Assembly: GCA_041180165.1 (NCBI GenBank)
Contig: JBEGSC010000003.1
Location: 92,902-156,901 of the forward strand
DNA from: Pseudomonadota bacterium
Lineage (GTDB): Bacteria; Pseudomonadota; Gammaproteobacteria; Burkholderiales; Burkholderiaceae_C
Direction: 5' to 3'
Length of the DNA: 64,000 nt
Under the pieces are notes generated by a model. The model saw only the letters and a list, made by a program, of their open reading frames with translations. It was not told where the DNA came from and ran no database searches. The position numbers and the translations under genes are program-made. Every line of letters begins with the position of its first letter. The first letter of the stretch is position 1. This document shows positions 12,701-22,410 of the stretch, one piece after another.

Positions 12701-13114
12701 TCAACGCAGAAAACGCTTAGAAAACTTCAAAACACTCGGCCCAATGCGCCTAGAGATGGCTTGGCGGTGTTTGGCAAACAGCACATAGCCCGGTTGAAGC
12801 ACGGGCATGAGCCACTTGCGCGATAACAGCCAAGCCAAAACAGGCAGCTTGACCAGCCGATACGCGGTGGCAAACACGGGCACACCCACCAGCACTTGGC
12901 CATCGGAAGTGCGGCCATGAATCTGCGCCATGGCGGCTTCGCATGAGATGTTGTGGCCTGCCTCAGCGAAGCCTGCTTGCGTAATGTCCACAAACGCCAA
13001 CTGGCCCTGCACATTGCGGCTTTGCAAAAACTCCACCTCGGCCACGCACAGCGGGCACTGGCCGTCGTAGTACAGCGTGAGTTCGGGCTCGGCAGTGGAA
13101 GTCGTAGTTTGCAT
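12701..13114 (-). CDS. DCC1-like thiol-disulfide oxidoreductase (DUF393)
   Basis: LYYDGQCPLC (DxxCxxC) motif; start MQTTTS. Confidence 0.88.
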   Translation of the reverse strand: MQTTTSTAEPELTLYYDGQCPLCVAEVEFLQSRNVQGQLAFVDITQAGFAEAGHNISCEAAMAQIHGRTSDGQVLVGVPVFATAYRLVKLPVLAWLLSRKWLMPVLQPGYVLFAKHRQAISRRIGPSVLKFSKRFLR

Positions 13115-13182
13115 CAGGACGTAGGCTAGCACGGCTGCACAGGGTGGGGCTTGCCAAAGGGTAATCGGGCAGAATTGATCGC

Positions 13183-14499
13183 ATGACCCCAGCTTGTTTT
13201 GATACATCCATCACTGCTGCACAACGCGTTGCTTACGCCCTAGAGGGTGCGGCCAGCCACACTGCGCAACATGTGTTCACGCAACTCTATGCCGATAGTG
13301 CACGCGCCACAGCGCAGCAACGTGATGCACAAGCGCAAGCAGGCCTCAGCCTAGGCGCGTTGCACGGCGTGTGTGTCACCCTCAAAGACAACATCGACGT
13401 GGTGGGCGAAACCACCATGGCCGGTGGCGTAGTGTGCGCAGGCGAAGCACCTGCATTGCACGACGCACTTGTGGTGCAACGTTTGCGCGATGCAGGCGCT
13501 GTGGTGCTGGGCAAAACCAATATGAGCGAGTTTGCGTTCTCTGGCGTGGGCATCAACCCACACCACGGTACGCCTGCCAATCCTGTTGACCGAGCGCAGG
13601 CGCGTGTGCCCGGTGGATCGTCCTCAGGCGCTGCCGTATCGGTGGCCTTGGGGCTGGCCGAGGTGGGCATTGGCACAGACACAGGCGGCTCGATTCGCAT
13701 TCCCGCAGCGCTTTGCGGCTTGGTGGGCTTTAAGAGCACACAGGCGCGCATTCCCTGCAAGGGTGTCATGGAGTTATCGCGCACGCTGGACACCGTTGGC
13801 AGCATCACACGCTCGGTGCGGGCGTGTTTAGCGGTGGATGCGGTGCTGTCGCAGCAGCCGTTGCCCACCGATGCAACAGAGTTGCGTGGCTTGCGTTTTG
13901 CCGTGCCGCAAACTTTGATGATGGACGATGTGGATGCCACCGTGGCCCAAGCTTTTGCGCGCACCTTGCGCCGCATCAGCGAGGCGGGCGCACAGGTGGT
14001 GGAGCTACCTTTCACCGCGCTGGGAGACATTGCCTCGCTCAGCATGCCCGGTGGTTTTTCACCGATTGAGAGCTACGCCGCACACCATGCACGCCTAGAG
14101 CGCGGCGCACACCAAATTGACCACCGCGTGGTGGCTCGCATGATGCTGGGCAAAGGCATCAGCGCCCAAGACTACCTAGAGCTACACAACCGCCGCAACG
14201 CTTGGATAACAGCAGCCCAACAAACACTGCAAGGGTTTGACGGCATGTTGTGCCCCACAGTCCCGTTGGTCGCGCCATTGACTGAGCCTTTGCTCCAAGA
14301 CGACGAGGCATTTTTCAAAGTGAACCGTTTGTTGCTGCGCAACCCCTCGGCCATCAACTACATGGATGGCTGCGCGTGGAGCATTCCGTGTCACGAAGTG
14401 GGTGAGCTGCCTGTGGGCTTAATGGTGTCGGGCCTCGCAGGGCAAGATGCGCATTTGGCGCGCGTGGCGTTGGCTTTAGAAAACTTAATCAATTCTTGA
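13183..14499 (+). CDS. Amidase-signature family amidase
   Basis: LKDNID, GKTNMSEFA, GGSSSG, GTDTGGSIRIPAA. Confidence 0.93.
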   Translation: MTPACFDTSITAAQRVAYALEGAASHTAQHVFTQLYADSARATAQQRDAQAQAGLSLGALHGVCVTLKDNIDVVGETTMAGGVVCAGEAPALHDALVVQRLRDAGAVVLGKTNMSEFAFSGVGINPHHGTPANPVDRAQARVPGGSSSGAAVSVALGLAEVGIGTDTGGSIRIPAALCGLVGFKSTQARIPCKGVMELSRTLDTVGSITRSVRACLAVDAVLSQQPLPTDATELRGLRFAVPQTLMMDDVDATVAQAFARTLRRISEAGAQVVELPFTALGDIASLSMPGGFSPIESYAAHHARLERGAHQIDHRVVARMMLGKGISAQDYLELHNRRNAWITAAQQTLQGFDGMLCPTVPLVAPLTEPLLQDDEAFFKVNRLLLRNPSAINYMDGCAWSIPCHEVGELPVGLMVSGLAGQDAHLARVALALENLINS

Positions 14500-14544
14500 C
14501 GCGCATGGACCACAATGAGCGCATTGAGAGAAAGAGAGCAGGCT

Positions 14545-14925
14545 ATGACGATTAAATTTCGCACCTTGGCTTTGAGTCTGTTGCTTGCCACAACTGCCGG
14601 CGCAGCCATGGCACACGGACCCCATGGTGGCTACCGTGGGCATACCAGTGTTTATTACGGTGGTTACAGCAACAATTTTTGGGGCCCAGCTTTGGTCGGT
14701 GGTGCAATGGTGGGCACGTCGATTTATTTGTCGCGCCCCGTGCAGCCTTCCACTGTCATCATCACCAGCCCGCCTACGGTGGTGGTGACCAATCCGCAGC
14801 CCACGCAATGGGTCAACAGCCAACCCGTGCCCCAGCCCGTTGAGGCTTACTACTGTCGCGAAACGGGCCAGTACTTTCCAATGGTGCAAACCTGTGTCAG
14901 CCCTTGGTTGGTGGTGATGCGATGA
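14545..14925 (+). CDS. Secreted Gly/His/Pro-rich protein with C-terminal YYC..YFP.VQTC..PW motif
   Basis: Signal peptide ending AMA, low-complexity linker, two-Cys tail; paralogue of 15371-15754. Confidence 0.75.
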   Translation: MTIKFRTLALSLLLATTAGAAMAHGPHGGYRGHTSVYYGGYSNNFWGPALVGGAMVGTSIYLSRPVQPSTVIITSPPTVVVTNPQPTQWVNSQPVPQPVEAYYCRETGQYFPMVQTCVSPWLVVMR

Positions 14926-15302
14926 AAACTTCTTTTTTGTGCGTCTTGATCGCTGGCTTATTGCCCTACATGGGCACGATGGCTGCGAAGTGGGGCTTTC
15001 GCCGTTACGACAACCACAACCCTCGCCAATGGTTGAGCGAGCAAACGGGTTTCAGAGCGCGGGGCAACGCTGCGCAGGCCAACAGTTTTGAAGCGTTTCC
15101 GTTTTTTGCCGCTGGCGTCATCATCGCCACCATGGCGCAGGTGGATGTCGCTGTGGTGGAAGGGCTTGCAGTCACGTTTGTGGTGGCGCGTGTGGGTTAC
15201 ATCGTTTGTTATGTGGCCGACAAGGCCACTTGGAGATCCATCTTTTGGCTGGTGGGGCTGCTGAGCGTGGTGGCTTTGTTTGTCGAGGCCTTGCGCGTGT
15301 GA
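14922..15302 (+). CDS. MAPEG family membrane protein
   Basis: YDNHNPRQWL, RARGNAAQANSFEAFPFFAA, RVGYIVCY. Confidence 0.88.
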   Translation: MKTSFLCVLIAGLLPYMGTMAAKWGFRRYDNHNPRQWLSEQTGFRARGNAAQANSFEAFPFFAAGVIIATMAQVDVAVVEGLAVTFVVARVGYIVCYVADKATWRSIFWLVGLLSVVALFVEALRV

Positions 15303-15370
15303 ATGTGCTTGTCATCCAAGTAGCGACTTGCTGCGTTGTAGGGTGACATTTTTCACAAAGTGAGTTTGCT

Positions 15371-15754
15371 ATGAAACGCGTATCTGCCTTGTTAGCCTGT
15401 TTATTGACCTTTGCCGTGGTTGTGCCTGCGCAAGCGGGTGGTCATGGGCATGGCGGTGGCCGCGGGGGCCACAGCATTCAGCACTTTGGCGGTCATGGTT
15501 ATGTGCAAAGTCATGGTCATGGATATGGCAGCCACTACCGTGGTTCAAGCAACCATTGGTTGGCCCCCGTGTTGGGCGCTGCCATCGTGGGCAGCGTGAT
15601 TTACGCAGCCAGCACCCCCAGCTATGCTGCGCCGGTGGTGGTGCAGCAGCAATATGCACCGCCTAACCGTGTGGCGTATTTTTGCCCCACAGCCCAGCAG
15701 TACTACCCCAATGTGCCAACATGCCAAGTGCCATGGCAGCCCGTGAGCTACTAA
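15371..15754 (+). CDS. Secreted Gly/His-rich protein with C-terminal YFC..YYP.VPTC..PW motif
   Basis: Signal peptide ending AQA, GGHGHGGG repeats, two-Cys tail. Confidence 0.75.
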   Translation: MKRVSALLACLLTFAVVVPAQAGGHGHGGGRGGHSIQHFGGHGYVQSHGHGYGSHYRGSSNHWLAPVLGAAIVGSVIYAASTPSYAAPVVVQQQYAPPNRVAYFCPTAQQYYPNVPTCQVPWQPVSY

Positions 15755-15770
15755 ACACATTGCAACACAA

Positions 15771-15804
15771 ACAACAAAGCCGGGCTAGCCCGGCTTTTTG
15801 TTGT
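15771..15804. terminator. Bidirectional intrinsic terminator
   Basis: ACAACAAAGCCGGG-CTAG-CCCGGCTTTTTGTTGT. Confidence 0.82.
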
Positions 15805-15836
15805 GCGTCATGCACTGAGTTGACGGCATCACCCGT

Positions 15837-16748
15837 TTAAAGCGTCACCACTTCTTTGTGGCCCACACGGTTGGAGTAGCGCACTTTGCCGCCCGTGGTT
15901 TCTAGCTCCACGCGAGCACTGCGGCCTGCGTACACATGGTGCTTGAGCCATTCGAGCTCTTGCTTGGTTTCGGCTTCACCAGCCACCACGCGGCTCCAGC
16001 AGCGTAGCTCGGCAGACCAGCGGTAGTTGCGGGCTTTGAGCTTGTCTTTGGTTTCAAAAGGTGAGTTGATGGCGTACACCTTTTGCTGCGGTTTGTTCAA
16101 GGTCATCAGCACTGCGAGCAGGGCGGTTTGTTGGCTTTGGGGCAGCACAAGATTGAGCAGTTCTAGCAAGGCCCAGCAATCGGCTTCTGCGCGGTGGGCT
16201 TCGTAAAAATAGCCTTGGGTGCTGAGCAAATACTCCAGCTTGGCTGACCCAAAACCTTCTTCACGCCAGTCAATGTCCTTGATGCTGCACGCCCAGTTGA
16301 GTTGTTCAAACAACGGCCAGCGGGCTTCGACGAAGGGGCGGTCAAATTGGGCGTTGTGGGCGATGACCACCTCTACATTTTTCAAAAACTCAGCGACGCG
16401 GGCGTCATCAATGCGTTGGCCTTTCACCATTTCGTCGGTGATGTGGTGCACCGCGATGGTGGCAGGGGGAATGGCAAAGCCTGGGTCTTCCAGCTCGTCC
16501 AACACATCGACCACGCGGTAGACCACGCCTGTGACAGGGTCGAACTCAAAGGCCAGCATGCCCAGCTCAATCACGCGGTCGTTGGCGACGTCAAAGCCTG
16601 TGGTTTCGGTGTCGAGCACCACGCCTTTGCTGAGCTTTTGGCCGGGAGCGGGGGTGTTGAACACACGGCCAGGCACGAGGCGGCGAAGCACGCGGTAGTC
16701 TGGGTGTTGTTCGAGTTGTTGGGCGAGTTGTTCGATGTCTTGAGTCAT
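15837..16748 (-). CDS. DEDDh 3'-5' exonuclease (DnaQ/epsilon-like)
   Basis: LDTETTG, IAHNAQFD, AHRAEADC. Confidence 0.9.
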   Translation of the reverse strand: MTQDIEQLAQQLEQHPDYRVLRRLVPGRVFNTPAPGQKLSKGVVLDTETTGFDVANDRVIELGMLAFEFDPVTGVVYRVVDVLDELEDPGFAIPPATIAVHHITDEMVKGQRIDDARVAEFLKNVEVVIAHNAQFDRPFVEARWPLFEQLNWACSIKDIDWREEGFGSAKLEYLLSTQGYFYEAHRAEADCWALLELLNLVLPQSQQTALLAVLMTLNKPQQKVYAINSPFETKDKLKARNYRWSAELRCWSRVVAGEAETKQELEWLKHHVYAGRSARVELETTGGKVRYSNRVGHKEVVTL

Positions 16749-16757
16749 GCGCCAATG

Positions 16758-17972
16758 TTAAGCGTGGTCGGCCTGTGTGGCGTTGCGCTTGGCAATGGCG
16801 TGTGCAAAAAAAGCGCCCAGTCCCATCACGCCCACAGCCATTGCGCCAATGACATGGCTGGACTCAAAGACACCGATGAGTGCTGCCAGAACCAGTACGC
16901 CGATGGCTTGTCCTAGAAACAAAAAGCCTGCAAACAGCGTCACGCCTGTGGCGCGCGCCGTGGGCACCATTTGTGTGGCCTTGGCTTGCATGGTGTTGTG
17001 AAACATGGCAAAGCCAAAGCCCGCCACAAAGCAAGCGGGCAGGGCCAGTTGCCACCACGGGCAAAACGCAATCACCCAAAACGCCAGACCAAAGTAAGCG
17101 CCGCCCCATCGGGCCAAGCCCACTTCGCCAAAGCGGCGAATGGCAAATTTGGCCACAGCCATGTAAGCCATGCCACCCAAGCCATACAGCGCGGTGGTTC
17201 CGCCTGCCAGCGTGAGCGAGATGTGATGCATCTGATGCAAGTGGGATGCGGTGACCGCCAGCAAACCAAAAATCATCGCGCCTTCGACCAATGCCACGAT
17301 CAGCAGCGTACGCGCCCATGCGTTGTGTGCCACTTGTTGAAGTTGCTTGAAAAAGCCGGTGGGCTCGTGCCCGTGTTGCGCGATGGGCTCTAAGCGCTTG
17401 AGTTGCTGCCACAACAAAAAGCTCACGAGGGTGAATGCAACTGCCATCAGCGCAAAGGCCCAACGCCAGCCAAAGGTGTCGGTCAGCAAGCCGCCAAACA
17501 ACTGACCGCCTGTCATACCCAAGGTCGTGCCTAGGCCTACGCGAGCCAGCGTTTCTTGGCGTTGCTCGTAATGCACCACATCACCCACCCAGGCCAGTGT
17601 GAGCGGAATGATGGCTGCTGCTGCCAGCGCGGTGGCAATGCGGGCCGCCACCAGAATTTCTAAATTGGGGCTGAGAGCCGACAAAACACTGCCCACACCG
17701 CAGCCCAAGCAGGCCAGCATGACCACGCGGTACTTACCAAAGCGGTCGCCCACGGGGCCGTAAAACAACTGCATCAAGCCATAGGTGAGGGCAAACAGCG
17801 AGATGACTTGCGACGCCTCGCTGATGGGCACCTCAAACACGCGTGACAGCTCGGGCAGCATAGGGTCGCAAATGCGTTGCAAGGCCATGCTGGAGAAGGT
17901 GGCCAGTGACAACAAAAAAATCGCCCGACGAGTGGTGGGCGAGAGGGAGTGAGTGGAAGTCTGGGTTTTCAA
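16758..17972 (-). CDS. MFS transporter
   Basis: GPVGDRFGK motif, many TM segments, GWRWAF. Confidence 0.88.
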   Translation of the reverse strand: MKTQTSTHSLSPTTRRAIFLLSLATFSSMALQRICDPMLPELSRVFEVPISEASQVISLFALTYGLMQLFYGPVGDRFGKYRVVMLACLGCGVGSVLSALSPNLEILVAARIATALAAAAIIPLTLAWVGDVVHYEQRQETLARVGLGTTLGMTGGQLFGGLLTDTFGWRWAFALMAVAFTLVSFLLWQQLKRLEPIAQHGHEPTGFFKQLQQVAHNAWARTLLIVALVEGAMIFGLLAVTASHLHQMHHISLTLAGGTTALYGLGGMAYMAVAKFAIRRFGEVGLARWGGAYFGLAFWVIAFCPWWQLALPACFVAGFGFAMFHNTMQAKATQMVPTARATGVTLFAGFLFLGQAIGVLVLAALIGVFESSHVIGAMAVGVMGLGAFFAHAIAKRNATQADHA

Positions 17973-18064
17973 AGCGTGCCGACTTTACCTGTTTCGCCAC
18001 TTGGCCCGTGTCGCCTGTAAGTCAAAGTCGAGAAATGTGATGGTGACGGTTTAGCATTGGCACT

Positions 18065-18592
18065 ATGAAGTTTTTTGTGTTTTTGTTAATTGGGCTGCTT
18101 GGGGTGGTCGCTGCCCCAGCCAGAGCGCAGTCCGGTAACCCAGGCATGACGGTAGAGGTGTTGGGTGTGTATTTCACGCCGCCTGCGCATGCGGCTGCGG
18201 CCATTATCAAAGCCATTGATGCCAGCGAACGTGAGGTCTTGGTGCAGGCCTACAGTTTCACGCACAACGGCATTGCTCAAGCCTTGGTGCGCGCCCATCA
18301 GCGCGGGGTGAAGGTGCGTGTGTTGATGGATCAAAAAAGCCAAACCGCTAATCGCTATGTGATTGGCGTCTTGACCGATGCCGACATGGCTGTTCGCCAA
18401 GATGGCAAACATGCCATCGCACACAACAAAGTGATGGTCATAGACCAAACTGTGGTCATCACGGGCAGTTTTAACTTCACCAACTCAGCCGAGACACGCA
18501 ATGCCGAGAATGTGCTGATTCTGAAGTCACCAGATTTGGCGCTGCAATACAGGCTTCAATGGCAAAACCATTGGGCGCACGCGGCTCAGTGA
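18065..18592 (+). CDS. Phospholipase D-family nuclease (Nuc-like, single HKD), exported
   Basis: HNKVMVID, TGSFNFT..A..RNAEN; N-terminal signal peptide. Confidence 0.88.
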   Translation: MKFFVFLLIGLLGVVAAPARAQSGNPGMTVEVLGVYFTPPAHAAAAIIKAIDASEREVLVQAYSFTHNGIAQALVRAHQRGVKVRVLMDQKSQTANRYVIGVLTDADMAVRQDGKHAIAHNKVMVIDQTVVITGSFNFTNSAETRNAENVLILKSPDLALQYRLQWQNHWAHAAQ

Positions 18593-18689
18593 GGGCTTGC
18601 TGCCTAGGATTTAGTCTGTCGGCTCTAAAAGCGCACCATTTCGGCGCTAAACCCTTGTTTAGTCAAAACAAGTCCCTAAAATACGCGTC

Positions 18690-18706
18690 ATGCTGCACTG
18701 CAACAT
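18690..18706. promoter_or_regulatory. Putative PhaR operator
   Basis: Imperfect palindrome ATGCTGCA-C-TGCAACAT about 65 bp upstream of phasin; TGC-rich sites are typical of PhaR targets. Confidence 0.55.
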
Positions 18707-18770
18707 AACTTTGGCCAATAGGCAGGTTTCGGAGCAGTTTTAACCTTCCTTTTAAATTTTGGAGATAGAA

Positions 18771-19316
18771 ATGACTTTGACACCTGAACAAGTAATCGCC
18801 GCGAACAAAGCCAACTTGGAAACTTTGGTTGGTTTGACCAACAAAGCATTCTCTGGCGTTGAGCAACTCATCGAGTTGAACTTGGCTGCTGCTAAAACCA
18901 CATTGGCTGACTCTCAAAAACAAGCCAATGCTGTGTTGACAGTGAAAGACGCGCAAGAGTTGTTGGCTTTGCAAGCCAGCTTGTTCCAGCCTTTGGCTGA
19001 AAAGGCTGTGGCCTACAACCGTCATTTGGTCGAGATCGCCAACGGTACTGGCTCACACTTCCAAGGCCACTTGGAATCTAAAGTGGCAGAAGCTCAAAAA
19101 GCTTTCCACGACATGGTGGACAACGCTGCTAAGAATGCACCCGCTGGTTCTGAAGCTGCTGTGGCCGCATTCAAAACCGCTGTTGCCGCTGGTAACAACG
19201 CGCTGGAATCTGTGCAAAAAGCTGTTAAGCAAGCCACCGATGTTGCTGAAGCCAACTACAAAAACTTGACTGAAACTGCTTTGAAGACAGCCAAGCCTGC
19301 TGCTAAAAAGCGTTAA
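18771..19316 (+). CDS. phaP: Phasin (PHA granule protein)
   Basis: MTLTPEQVIAANKANLETL, KNAPAGSEAAVA; GGAGA RBS. Confidence 0.92.
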   Translation: MTLTPEQVIAANKANLETLVGLTNKAFSGVEQLIELNLAAAKTTLADSQKQANAVLTVKDAQELLALQASLFQPLAEKAVAYNRHLVEIANGTGSHFQGHLESKVAEAQKAFHDMVDNAAKNAPAGSEAAVAAFKTAVAAGNNALESVQKAVKQATDVAEANYKNLTETALKTAKPAAKKR

Positions 19317-19346
19317 TTTTTAAGGTTCTCCAAGACCTTCGAAATG

Positions 19347-19369
19347 CGGCTCCTTCGGGGGCCGTTTTT
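19347..19369 (+). terminator. Intrinsic terminator
   Basis: CGGCTCC-TTCG-GGGGCCG-TTTTT after phasin. Confidence 0.8.
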
Positions 19370-19400
19370 CTTGGTTGTGTGAACGCCTTGCAGTAAAGTC

Positions 19401-19892
19401 ATGCGTATGAACAAACGCTTGTTTCTCAGTGCTTGTCTCACGCCCTTGCTGGTTGCGTGTTCGTCGCTGTCGCGCAAGTCGTCCTCCACGTCGCAGAGCT
19501 ATCCCAATAACCCAGCCAAGCGCCAAGACATCGTCATGCAAGCCATGGCCATGCTTGATCGTGGCTACACCTACGGCGGCAAAAAACTCCACACCGGTTT
19601 TGACTGCTCAGGCTTGGTGACGTTTGTCTACAGAGAGTCGGCAGGCATTGCCTTGAAAGGTAGTGCCGCGCAAATGGCTGAGGCCACGCGCGCCATCGAA
19701 GTGTCTCAAGCCCATCCAGGTGACTTGGTGTTTTTCAACACACTTGGACCATCGTTCTCACATGTGGGCATCTACATTGGCGACGGGAAATTTGTGCATG
19801 CAGCCAACGAACGCACAGGTGTGAAAACCGAGCGCTTGAACAATGCCTATTGGTCCAAGCGATTTGAGGGTTATCGCACCGTGTTTGCGTGA
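19401..19892 (+). CDS. NlpC/P60 (C40) peptidoglycan endopeptidase lipoprotein
   Basis: Lipobox LVAC, GFDCSG, PGDLVFF, HVGIYIG..FVHA. Confidence 0.92.
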   Translation: MRMNKRLFLSACLTPLLVACSSLSRKSSSTSQSYPNNPAKRQDIVMQAMAMLDRGYTYGGKKLHTGFDCSGLVTFVYRESAGIALKGSAAQMAEATRAIEVSQAHPGDLVFFNTLGPSFSHVGIYIGDGKFVHAANERTGVKTERLNNAYWSKRFEGYRTVFA

Positions 19893-20975
19893 TCAAGTGC
19901 GATTGCGAATCGCTTGAGCCGCTTCTTTCACCAAGGCTGGGCCTTTGTAAATCAAGCCGGTGTAAATCTGCACCACGTTCGCGCCCGCTTCAATTTTCGA
20001 CACCGCATCTGCGCCGCTGAGCACGCCGCCCACGCCAATAATGGGAAAGTTCGGTCCCATCGCTGCACGCAGTTGGCGAATGACCGCATTGCTTTTCTCA
20101 AGCACTGGCGCACCTGATAGGCCACCTGTTTCTTCGGCATGCGCCAAACCTTGCACCGCATCGCGGGCAATGGTGGTGTTGGTGGCAATCACGCCCCACA
20201 AGCTGTTGGCCAGCGTGGTGTCGGGCGTGACGCAGTGGCGCTTCAAGGTGGCCGCAATCACGGCCACTTGGGCTTCGTCCAAATCGGGGGCGATTTTGAT
20301 GAACACCGGCACTTGCTTGCCGTGTTGTTGGGCGAGTTCGTTGCGGCGTTGGGCCACTGCACCAATCAAGGCGTCCAGCGCTTCGTCGCTTTGCAGCTCA
20401 CGCAGGTTTTTGGTGTTGGGGCTGGAGATGTTGACCGTCACATAGTCGGCGTGGGGGTACACGCCGTTCAAGCAGATCAGGTAGTCATCTACCGCGTTCT
20501 CGATGGGCGTGACGGCGTTCTTGCCGATGTTCAGGCCGAGCAACATAGGGGTGTCGCCGCCCTTGTGGCGGAACTGCGCTTGTTGCACGTTGGCCAAAAA
20601 TGCATCCAATCCTTCGTTGTTAAAGCCCAAACGGTTGATGAGCGCGTTGGCCTCGGGCAAACGGAACATGCGCGGCTTGGGGTTGCCGGGCTGGCCCTTG
20701 GGCGTGACTGTGCCCACCTCGACAAAGCCAAAGCCCATGGCTGCTAAGCCGTCGATGCAATGCGCGTTTTTGTCCAAACCTGCGGCCAAGCCCACGCGGT
20801 TGGGAAACTTCAGGCCCGCGAGTTGAATCGGGTCTTGCACGCGCTCTTGGCAATACGCCCAAGACAGCGGCGTGTTTTGCGTGCGGGCCAACATGGCCAG
20901 CGTGTGTTCGTGGGCAGTTTCGGCGTCCATGGCAAACAAGAACGGACGGGCGAGCGAGTAGGGCAGTAACGACAT
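19893..20975 (-). CDS. pyrD: Quinone-dependent dihydroorotate dehydrogenase
   Basis: [27 protein letters not shown]. Confidence 0.96.
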   Translation of the reverse strand: MSLLPYSLARPFLFAMDAETAHEHTLAMLARTQNTPLSWAYCQERVQDPIQLAGLKFPNRVGLAAGLDKNAHCIDGLAAMGFGFVEVGTVTPKGQPGNPKPRMFRLPEANALINRLGFNNEGLDAFLANVQQAQFRHKGGDTPMLLGLNIGKNAVTPIENAVDDYLICLNGVYPHADYVTVNISSPNTKNLRELQSDEALDALIGAVAQRRNELAQQHGKQVPVFIKIAPDLDEAQVAVIAATLKRHCVTPDTTLANSLWGVIATNTTIARDAVQGLAHAEETGGLSGAPVLEKSNAVIRQLRAAMGPNFPIIGVGGVLSGADAVSKIEAGANVVQIYTGLIYKGPALVKEAAQAIRNRT

Positions 20976-21019
20976 GGATAATCTCAGACTTTGAAAACTT
21001 CTTTGCTGGATTTTCGCCC

Positions 21020-21706
21020 ATGAGCACCCCTACTTTCACCCAAGACGAATTGAAAACTTTGGTCGGCCAAGCCGCGCTGCAATACGTGGTGCCCGGCGAG
21101 GTGGTGGGCGTGGGCACGGGCTCCACGGTCAACAAATTCATTGACGCACTGGCCAGCATGAAAGACCAAATCAAGGGCGCGGTGTCCAGCTCAGTGGCTT
21201 CCACCGAGCGCTTGCAGGCCTTGGGTATTCCAGTGTTTGATGCGACCGAGGTGCAAAGCCTGTCGGTCTACATCGACGGTGCAGACGAAATCGACCACCA
21301 AGGCCATATGGTCAAAGGTGGCGGCGCAGCCTTGACCCGCGAAAAAATTGTGGCCGCATTGTCCGAAAAGTTTGTGTGCATCGCCGATGACAGCAAGCTG
21401 GTCGACACGCTCGGCGCATTTCCGTTGCCTGTAGAAGTTATCCCAATGTCGAGCGCCCAAATCATTCGCCAGTTTGCGGCGATGGGCGGTGCGGGCAAAG
21501 TGCGCATGAAAGACGGCCAACCTTTGGTCACTGACAACGGCCAACACATCGTCGATGTGACGGGCCTGAAAATCACCGACCCCGTGGCCTTTGAAGCCAC
21601 CGTCAGCCAATGGCCGGGCGTGGTGACCGTGGGCGTGTTTGCGTACCAAAAAGCGCAGGTGTGTTTGCTGGGCACCTCTGCCGGTGTGAAAACGCTAGAG
21701 TTTTGA
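21020..21706 (+). CDS. rpiA: Ribose-5-phosphate isomerase A
   Basis: [26 protein letters not shown]. Confidence 0.97.
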   Translation: MSTPTFTQDELKTLVGQAALQYVVPGEVVGVGTGSTVNKFIDALASMKDQIKGAVSSSVASTERLQALGIPVFDATEVQSLSVYIDGADEIDHQGHMVKGGGAALTREKIVAALSEKFVCIADDSKLVDTLGAFPLPVEVIPMSSAQIIRQFAAMGGAGKVRMKDGQPLVTDNGQHIVDVTGLKITDPVAFEATVSQWPGVVTVGVFAYQKAQVCLLGTSAGVKTLEF

Positions 21707-22407
21707 AAAGCCTAGGCCCGTCATACCGCGCATTGGTGTTGGGCGCATCGGGTGCGCTAGGACGTGCGTTTGTCGACGCTTTGCAAGCTGATGCGGCTTG
21801 CTCGCACGTGGTGGGACTGTCGCGTAGCTCTCAGCCTGCATTTCGCTTAGAGGACGAGAGCAGCATTGCGGCTGCATCGGCTGAACTCGCTTCGACGTCT
21901 CAAGGTTCGTTTCACCTCATCATCGATGCCACAGGTGCACTCACGATCGACGGGCATGGACCAGAAAAACACATGGGCGCGCTCAATGCTGCGCAACTGG
22001 TCCGTGCGTTTGAAGTCAACACCATTGGGCCTGCGTTGTTGCTCAAACACTTTGTGCCTTTGCTGGTTACCGATCAGCGCAGCATCTACGCCAAGCTCTC
22101 GGCACGTGTAGGCAGCATCAGCGACAACGGCAAAGGTGGTTGGTATGGCTATCGTGCAGCCAAAGCGGCATTGAACATGGTGTTGCAAACCGCAGCCATT
22201 GAGGCTGCACGCAAACGCCCACAACTTGTGGTGGCCGCCATGCAGCCGGGGACCGTGGCCTCTAATTTATCAGCGCCGTTTGTGCCTGCGCAAGACTGCC
22301 TCACGCCCGCGCAATCTGTGGCGGGTTTACTCAGTGCTTTGGATGATTTGCCAGCGAAAGCAGCTGCGCACTTTGTGGATTACAAAGGCGCAGCGATTCC
22401 TTGGTGA
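21703..22407 (+). CDS. Short-chain dehydrogenase (CsgA/C-factor-like)
   Basis: [26 protein letters not shown]; TTG start overlapping rpiA stop. Confidence 0.88.
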   Translation: MKSLGPSYRALVLGASGALGRAFVDALQADAACSHVVGLSRSSQPAFRLEDESSIAAASAELASTSQGSFHLIIDATGALTIDGHGPEKHMGALNAAQLVRAFEVNTIGPALLLKHFVPLLVTDQRSIYAKLSARVGSISDNGKGGWYGYRAAKAALNMVLQTAAIEAARKRPQLVVAAMQPGTVASNLSAPFVPAQDCLTPAQSVAGLLSALDDLPAKAAAHFVDYKGAAIPW

Positions 22408-22410
22408 TGC

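Noticed and set aside
18065-18592. PLD protein as part of a DISARM or other restriction system
   Set aside because: It has a signal peptide and no helicase or methylase neighbours
18631-18648. NtrC-like site GCACCATTTCGGCGC upstream of phasin
   Set aside because: Right half-site is degenerate and no sigma-54 -24/-12 element was confidently found
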